This document shows, in pieces, positions 58,046 to 64,000 of a stretch of DNA of 64,000 bases (its first letter is position 1; each line of letters starts with the position of its first letter). This stretch comes from Bacteroidota bacterium (GTDB lineage Bacteria; Eisenbacteria; RBG-16-71-46; SZUA-252), in assembly GCA_050257045.1 (NCBI GenBank), contig JBLMWD010000126.1, positions 71,258-135,257 of the forward strand. Direction: 5' to 3'. Made by a program: the position numbers and the translations under genes. Below the pieces are notes generated by a model. The model saw only the letters and a list, made by a program, of their open reading frames with translations, was not told the origin of the DNA and searched no databases.

Positions 58046-58768
58046 ATGAAGCAGGATTCGAAACTCTTGAAAGGAGCAGCACTTTGCGCGCTGGCCACCG
58101 CCTTCTCATGCGGGGTCGCGCTCGCGGTGCCGGCTCCCACAATGCCTCGTTTCGACCCGGGAGCTGAACAGTACGTGACGACCGCCGTCGTGTCGCCCGC
58201 GCCGGCCAAGGCCGCCACGGGAAAGGCCCTCTTCCGCACGAGCGATCCAAAGAGCGATCCGATGCTCGCGCGCGGACAGAGCGGCGGCACCGCGTCCACG
58301 GACGACGTCACGATGAGCGCGGCCGGTGACGGCAGCTCCCATTCCTCGAGCAAGTACGTCATGTCGGGTCTTGTCCTCGCTGCTCTGGCTGCGCCGGTTG
58401 CGTTCCACCATTCCGGTGGGGACAAGTCGGTCGCGGTCCAGACGCAGACGCCGTCCGATCCGGCCAGCTCGTCGTTGCCCAATCTCGGCGGCGGCAACGG
58501 CAACGGCAACGGTCACGGGCACGGTGGCAACCAAGGTAACAACGGCGGAAACGGTGACCAGGGCGGCTCGGGCGACAACGGCGGCGGCGGTGACTGCAAC
58601 GGTGGCGGTGGCGGCGGTGGCGGCGGCGGCGGCGGCGGCCCGATTGGCGGTGGTGGGGGTGGAGCGCCGGGTGGCGGCGGCACTGAATTGCCGGAGCCCG
58701 GAACGATTCCCCTGTTGGGTGCAGGACTGATGATGCTCCTCGCGTTCCGTTCGCGCCGGGAGCGCTGA
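58046..58768 (+). CDS. Gly-rich PEP-CTERM protein
   Basis: Signal peptide; Gly/Asn tract; C-terminal LPEPGTIPLLGAGLMMLLAFRSRRER. Confidence 0.82.
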   Translation: MKQDSKLLKGAALCALATAFSCGVALAVPAPTMPRFDPGAEQYVTTAVVSPAPAKAATGKALFRTSDPKSDPMLARGQSGGTASTDDVTMSAAGDGSSHSSSKYVMSGLVLAALAAPVAFHHSGGDKSVAVQTQTPSDPASSSLPNLGGGNGNGNGHGHGGNQGNNGGNGDQGGSGDNGGGGDCNGGGGGGGGGGGGGPIGGGGGGAPGGGGTELPEPGTIPLLGAGLMMLLAFRSRRER

Positions 58769-58926
58769 TCCGCGGCACGTGATCCAGGGCGGACGCGGGG
58801 CTCGCCCCCGCGGACGCCCGGGGATCGCCCTTCTCTTCTACCCAGGTACCACTTTCATTCCCTGCTCCTTGCGCTAGCCTGGATGCGGCATCGAACCCCT
58901 GTCCATCCGGCCCAAGGAGCCTTTCC

Positions 58927-61638
58927 GTGTCATTGCCCGCGCCCGCGCACGAGCCGCACAAGATCAAGACCGTCCGCCTGGTCTCCTTCCCGACCCTCGA
59001 GGAGCGGAAGCGCCGCCTGGCCGAAGCCCACTTCAACGTCTACCACCTCGCCCCGGCCGAGGTGACCTTCGACATGCTCTCGACGGGGACGAGCGCGCGT
59101 AGCCAGGAGCAGCTCGCGGGCGAGCTCCTCGGCGACGAGGCCTATGCCGGCGCGCGGAACTTCGAGTCGCTGACCCGGTCGGTGAACCAGGTCCTGGGGC
59201 ACACCTACGTCTGCCCCGCGCACAACCTCCTCGGATGCGTGAAGCTGGTCGTCGCCTCGCTGGTCCCGCCGGGGCGCTCGGTCGCGAGCAACGGGCGCGG
59301 CCGGGCGGGAGTCCTCGCCGCGCGGCAGGTGCGGCTCGTGGACGTGCGGGACGCGCGCGAGCCGATCTTCACCGGGAACGTCGACCTGCCGGCGCTCCGG
59401 GCCGCGCTCGCCGAGGAAGAGCTCGCGATCATCGACCTCCAGGCCTTCGCCGACGGGATGCACCCCTTCAGCCTCGCCAATCTCGAGGCGGTCCGCGCGG
59501 CCGCCGACAAGCGCGGCACGCGCGTCGTGCTGGACGCCTCGCGCGTGATCGAGAACGCCTGGTACATCCAGCGCCACGAGCCCGGGCATTCGCTCCGGAA
59601 GATCGCCGACATCGTGAAGCAGATCTCGAAGACCGCGCACATCGTGATGATCGACGGCGCGCAGGACCCGATGTCCCCGATCGGCGGCGTGCTCGCGACC
59701 GACAACCCGGCCGACCACGAGCGCTTCCAGAACGAGGTCGTGGTCTACGAGGGGTTGCATACCTACGGCGGGATGTCGGGACGCGCGATGGAGTCGCTCG
59801 CGCGCGGTCTCGTCGAGATGTGCGACGAGGAGGAAGCGCAGTGGGCGATGCGCGAGACGGAGCACTTCACCGAGCGGCTCCGCGCGGCGGGGGTGCCCCT
59901 GGAGCGCGGCTGTGACGGCGCCTATCTCGAGGCGGCGCGGTTCCTCCCCGGCCACCGCCAGTACGCGGCGCACGCGCTCGCGGCGGCGCTCTATCTCTCC
60001 TGCGGCATCCGGGCTGTGGTGCCGGGTCCCGTGAGCGAGTCCGAGCACCTTCCGGTGCAGATCCCGCGCCTTGCGATGACGACGTGGCAGCTCGACCAGG
60101 TGGCCGACGCCATCGTGAGCCTCTACCGGCAGCGCGACCGGGTCGCGCGCCTCGAGCTCGCCTCGGACAGCAACTGGAACGACGAGCTCCGATTCCGCTC
60201 GGTCTTCCCGAGCCTCGATCCCTACGAGTTCGACTGCTACCCGTTCGTGGTGCACACGACCGAGCGGATCCCCTCGACCACGCGGGAGCAGCGCGCGGCG
60301 GCGATCCGGGAGGCGGGCTACAACACGTTCCTCCTCCGCTCCGCCGACGTGACGATCGATCTATTGACCGACTCGGGCACCTCCGCGATGAGCACCGACC
60401 AGTGGGCGGCCTACGGGCAGGCGCGCGCCACCGCGGCGACGAGCGACGCGTACCTTCGCTTCGTGAAGACGGTCCGGGAGATCTACGGCTACCAGCACGT
60501 CGTCCCCACGCACCAGGGGCGGGCGGCCGAGCACATCCTGAGCCAGATCCTGATCCGCCCCGGGCAGCTCGTCCCCGGGAACATGTACTTCACCACGACC
60601 AAGCTGCACCAGGAGCTCGCCGGCGGCGTCTTCGCGGACGTGATCGTGGACGAGGCGCACGACCCCGCCTCCACCTTCCCCTGGAAGGGGAACATCGACC
60701 TCGAGAAGCTGAAGGGGCTCCTCGACCGGCACGGCGCCGAGCAGATCGCCTACGTCTCGTTCGAGCACAGCGTGAACATGGCGGGCGGCCAGCCGGTCAG
60801 CATGCGGAACATGCAGGAGGTCTACGCCTACTGCAGCGAGCTCTCGATCCCGGTCTTCTTCGATGCGACGCGCGCGGTCGAGAACGCCTACTTCATCCAG
60901 AAGCGCGACCCGCGCTACCACGCGGTCTCCATCCGCGACATCGTGCGCGAGATGATGGTCTACGGCGACGGCTTCACGATCTCAGGGAAGAAGGACTTCC
61001 TCGTGAACATCGGGGGCGTGCTCGCCTTCAAGGACAACGCCGAGTGGAAGCGGAAGGCCGACGCGCTCCTCCGCGTCTACGAGGGCGGGGTCGCGGACGG
61101 AGGCCTCTCGCCGGGCGACCTCGCCGCGATGGAGCGCGGCATGGTGGAGATGCTCGACGACCGCTACATCCGGACCCGCGTCGAGCAGTCGGCATTCCTG
61201 GGACGCCTTCTCATGGAGGCGGGGGTGCCGATCGTGATGCCCCCCGGGAGCCACGCCATCTTCATCGACGCGCGGCGCTTCCTTCCGCACGTGGACCAGG
61301 ACGAGTACCCGGCGCAGCGGCTCGCGGCGGAGATCTACGTCGAGACCGGCGTGCGTGTGATGGAGCGCGGCAACGTCTCGAAGGGGCGCGACCCCGACAG
61401 CGGAAAGAACTACCGTCCCGCGCTCGAGCTGGTTCGGTTGACGATCCCGCGCCGCGTCTACACGAACGACCACATGCGCGCGGTGGCGGACGGCATCATC
61501 CGGGTCTGGAAGCGGCGGGAATCGATCCGGGGGCTCGCGTTCGTCTACGAGCCGCCGCATCTCCGGTTCTTCAGGGGGAGGTTCGCGCCGGTGGAGGAGG
61601 TGGCGGCTGCCGTGGAGACGGCACCCGCAACGGCGTGA
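58927..61638 (+). CDS. Tandem-duplicated tyrosine phenol-lyase/tryptophanase-family protein
   Basis: Two ~450-aa beta-eliminating lyase repeats; C-half has IDLLTDSGT, THQGR, SGKKD, RLTIPRRVY. Confidence 0.9.
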   Translation: MSLPAPAHEPHKIKTVRLVSFPTLEERKRRLAEAHFNVYHLAPAEVTFDMLSTGTSARSQEQLAGELLGDEAYAGARNFESLTRSVNQVLGHTYVCPAHNLLGCVKLVVASLVPPGRSVASNGRGRAGVLAARQVRLVDVRDAREPIFTGNVDLPALRAALAEEELAIIDLQAFADGMHPFSLANLEAVRAAADKRGTRVVLDASRVIENAWYIQRHEPGHSLRKIADIVKQISKTAHIVMIDGAQDPMSPIGGVLATDNPADHERFQNEVVVYEGLHTYGGMSGRAMESLARGLVEMCDEEEAQWAMRETEHFTERLRAAGVPLERGCDGAYLEAARFLPGHRQYAAHALAAALYLSCGIRAVVPGPVSESEHLPVQIPRLAMTTWQLDQVADAIVSLYRQRDRVARLELASDSNWNDELRFRSVFPSLDPYEFDCYPFVVHTTERIPSTTREQRAAAIREAGYNTFLLRSADVTIDLLTDSGTSAMSTDQWAAYGQARATAATSDAYLRFVKTVREIYGYQHVVPTHQGRAAEHILSQILIRPGQLVPGNMYFTTTKLHQELAGGVFADVIVDEAHDPASTFPWKGNIDLEKLKGLLDRHGAEQIAYVSFEHSVNMAGGQPVSMRNMQEVYAYCSELSIPVFFDATRAVENAYFIQKRDPRYHAVSIRDIVREMMVYGDGFTISGKKDFLVNIGGVLAFKDNAEWKRKADALLRVYEGGVADGGLSPGDLAAMERGMVEMLDDRYIRTRVEQSAFLGRLLMEAGVPIVMPPGSHAIFIDARRFLPHVDQDEYPAQRLAAEIYVETGVRVMERGNVSKGRDPDSGKNYRPALELVRLTIPRRVYTNDHMRAVADGIIRVWKRRESIRGLAFVYEPPHLRFFRGRFAPVEEVAAAVETAPATA

Positions 61639-61654
61639 TTCCAGCGTTGAGAAT

Positions 61655-62542
61655 GTGAACCAGCTCGCACTTATTTTGGGTGCGGCGATGGTGTGCTCAT
61701 TGGCAACCGACGCTGGCGCCACCCCGCCGATATCGGACTTGAGACTGGCCGTATCGGTTGGGGACTCCATGCGGGTGGAAGGTGCGCCGGTTCTGGTTGC
61801 CATTCGACTGTCGAACGGCGGCCACACGACAGCCTCGGTTCCACCGATCCATCCTGCCTACGGATACGTTGACTTCACCCTTACAACACAGGGCAAGAGT
61901 CTCCGGTGCGATTTGCCCGACGAGAGGGGCCGTATCCGCCAAGGAATGGACCTTGCATCTGGTGAGTCTGAAGTTGAGGTGGTTGATATCCTGCCCTTAT
62001 TCGGGCAGCAACGATACGATTCGAGAACGATCAGCGACGCCCTTCACTCACGTGCCCTTCCGATAGGCACGTATAAGCTAACGGTGTATTACAACTCGTC
62101 CTTGGACCACTCGAAATCCGGCCTCATCTCGGCGGAGTCTGTCGACTTCACGGTTGTTCCGCTCGCTTCGAAGCCCGCGGAGGAGAAGCTGGTCACGGAG
62201 TTCCTCACCGGGTGGGTGTGGAAGCAATCAGTGAGAGGACGGAATGAGTATTGCCGTAGGTGGATCGAGAGATTCGCAGATTCTCAGTTTCTGACGGAAG
62301 TTTATCTGTGTTCGGGACCATTGATGCGCTCGGTATCACCAGCATTCATTCTGGCACAGGTTGCCCAGAGGACCCCCAGGGCGTACATGATGGGATTACG
62401 GTGTCTTAGTGAACAGGTGGAAGACGGGGCGCGAGTCGCCTGGTTGGATGGCGTGTTGGCGATGAAGCCGGATTCTCTCACGAGAGATGTTCTGACCTCG
62501 TGGAAACGTACGGTACATCAAGGGAAATTCTCATACCCGTAA
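61655..62542 (+). CDS. Hypothetical secreted protein with atypical, lower-GC codon usage
   Basis: Signal-peptide-like N-terminus; many A/T-ending codons compared with neighbours. Confidence 0.7.
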   Translation: MNQLALILGAAMVCSLATDAGATPPISDLRLAVSVGDSMRVEGAPVLVAIRLSNGGHTTASVPPIHPAYGYVDFTLTTQGKSLRCDLPDERGRIRQGMDLASGESEVEVVDILPLFGQQRYDSRTISDALHSRALPIGTYKLTVYYNSSLDHSKSGLISAESVDFTVVPLASKPAEEKLVTEFLTGWVWKQSVRGRNEYCRRWIERFADSQFLTEVYLCSGPLMRSVSPAFILAQVAQRTPRAYMMGLRCLSEQVEDGARVAWLDGVLAMKPDSLTRDVLTSWKRTVHQGKFSYP

Positions 62543-62615
62543 CGAGGGACCACTCCGGCCGCTGGCGCCTCAGACCGAAGATATTGCGTTGGGCGGGTCT
62601 TTGGGGATCGCGCTT

Positions 62616-62639
62616 AGAACATCTCCTGGGAGATGTTCT
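62616..62639. repeat. Palindrome sharing its 18-bp core with 1376-1393
   Basis: AGAACATCTCC-TG-GGAGATGTTCT. Confidence 0.8.
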
Positions 62640-62662
62640 TTGAGCCTGGTCGGCACAACAGC

Positions 62663-63442
62663 TTAGCCGCTGCCGCCCTCGTCGGTGACCATCCTGCGGC
62701 CGTGGCCGGCCGCCGCGCTGATGTAGTCGCGGTTCATGCGCGCGATCGTCTCGATCGTGATTCCCTTCGGGCAGACCGCCTCGCACTCGCGGTGGTTCGT
62801 GCAGCCGCCAAACCCCTCGTCGTCCATCTGGGTCACCATCGCGAGCACGCGCTCCTCGCGCTCGGGCTGCCCCTGGGGCAACAGGCCGAGGTGCGAGACC
62901 TTGGCCGCGGTGAAGAGCATGGCCGAGGCGTTCGGGCAGGCGGCGACGCAGGCGCCGCATCCGATGCAGGCGGCCGCGTCCATCGCGAGCTCGGCATTCT
63001 CCTTGGGCACCGGGAGGCTGTTCGCCTCCGGAGCGCTCCCGGTCGGCGCGCTGATGAAGCCGCCCGCCGCGATGATCCGGTCGAACGGGGTCCGGTCGAC
63101 GACGAGGTCCTTGATCACCGGGAAGGGCGCCGCGCGCCACGGCTCGATCGTGATCGTCTCGCCGTCGGTGAAGGAGCGCATGTGGAGCTGGCAGGCGGTG
63201 GTGCGCGACCGCGGCCCGTGCGCCCGGCCGTTCACGACCATGCCGCACGTGCCGCAGATCCCCTCGCGGCAGTCGCTGTCGAAGGCGATCGGGTCCTCGC
63301 CCTTCAGCACGAGCCCCTCGTTCACGACGTCGAGCATCTCGAGGAAGGACATGTCGGGGCTGATGTCGCGCGCCTCGTAGGTCACGAAGCGCCCGCGCTC
63401 CGACGCGTTCTTCTGCCGCCAGACGTGCAGCGTCAGGTTCAT
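62663..63442 (-). CDS. sdhB: Succinate dehydrogenase/fumarate reductase Fe-S subunit
   Basis: [34 protein letters not shown]. Confidence 0.95.
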   Translation of the reverse strand: MNLTLHVWRQKNASERGRFVTYEARDISPDMSFLEMLDVVNEGLVLKGEDPIAFDSDCREGICGTCGMVVNGRAHGPRSRTTACQLHMRSFTDGETITIEPWRAAPFPVIKDLVVDRTPFDRIIAAGGFISAPTGSAPEANSLPVPKENAELAMDAAACIGCGACVAACPNASAMLFTAAKVSHLGLLPQGQPEREERVLAMVTQMDDEGFGGCTNHRECEAVCPKGITIETIARMNRDYISAAAGHGRRMVTDEGGSG

Positions 63443-64000
63443 TTGTAGCTCCGCTGCGCGAGGTGGACCGTCTCGTAGACGAGCGGCTCGGCGTGCCGGT
63501 ACGGCTGTTTGCCCGGCCCCTGGTATTCCCAGACCGCGACATGGCAGAAGCGCTCGTCGTCGCGGAGCGCCTCGCCGTCGGAGGTCTGGTGCTCCTCGCG
63601 GAAATGGCCGCCGCACGACTCGTCCCGCTCCAGCGCATCGACGCAGATCAGCTCCGCCAGATCGATGAAATCGGCCACCCGTCCCGCGTGCTCGAGCGCC
63701 TGGTTCAGCTCCTTCTCCTCCCCGAGCACCGCTACGTTGTTCCAGAATTCCTCGCGCAGCACCGGGATCATCTGGAGCGCCTTCGTGAGGCTTTCCTGGG
63801 TGCGCGCCATCCCGCAGTACTCCCACATGATCTTTCCGAGCTCGCGATGGAACGAGGTCACGGTGCGCTTGCCGCGAATCGAGAGGAGCCGCCGCGCGCG
63901 GTCCTCGACCTCCGCCATCGCCTGCTTCGCCTCGGGATGCGTCGCGTCTACCGGCGGGAGTTTCTGCGTCGTGAGGTAGTCGCCGATCGTGTACGGGATC
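63439..64000 (-). CDS. sdhA: Succinate dehydrogenase/fumarate reductase flavoprotein, C-terminal part
   Basis: [34 protein letters not shown]. Confidence 0.93.
   Translation of the reverse strand, partial: IPYTIGDYLTTQKLPPVDATHPEAKQAMAEVEDRARRLLSIRGKRTVTSFHRELGKIMWEYCGMARTQESLTKALQMIPVLREEFWNNVAVLGEEKELNQALEHAGRVADFIDLAELICVDALERDESCGGHFREEHQTSDGEALRDDERFCHVAVWEYQGPGKQPYRHAEPLVYETVHLAQRSYK

Noticed and set aside
58770-58926. TnaC-like leader peptide for the lyase
   Set aside because: No short ORF with a Trp or Tyr sensing codon ending before the gene

Overview
Very GC-rich bacterial chromosome segment. C-terminal 'PNPFNP...FDVHGRLVR...LASGIYFFR' domains, a PEP-CTERM protein and a kinase/PD40 protein suggest an FCB-associated lineage such as Ca. 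Eisenbacteria (inference only). It holds about 58 mostly housekeeping or accessory genes: partial ettA, SPFH/RHH operon, M16 peptidase pair, ECF sigma/anti-sigma, malic enzyme-cydAB, typA, two large secreted Ig/PKD proteins, two-component genes, msrA and sdhAB. I saw no tRNA, rRNA, transposase, integrase or CRISPR array. Highlights: (1) an unassigned, highly base-paired ~400-nt intergenic element (51.8-52.26 kb) that looks like a large structured ncRNA, just upstream of a SerK/SbnI-like kinase gene; (2) a tandem tyrosine phenol-lyase-like fusion whose halves have lost complementary active-site motifs; (3) a CCAG-centred palindrome family found downstream of two orphan secreted-protein genes 61 kb apart; (4) a translationally coupled operon containing a cytokinin-dehydrogenase-like flavoprotein and SCP2. 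All family calls come from recognising motifs by eye; no database search was run.
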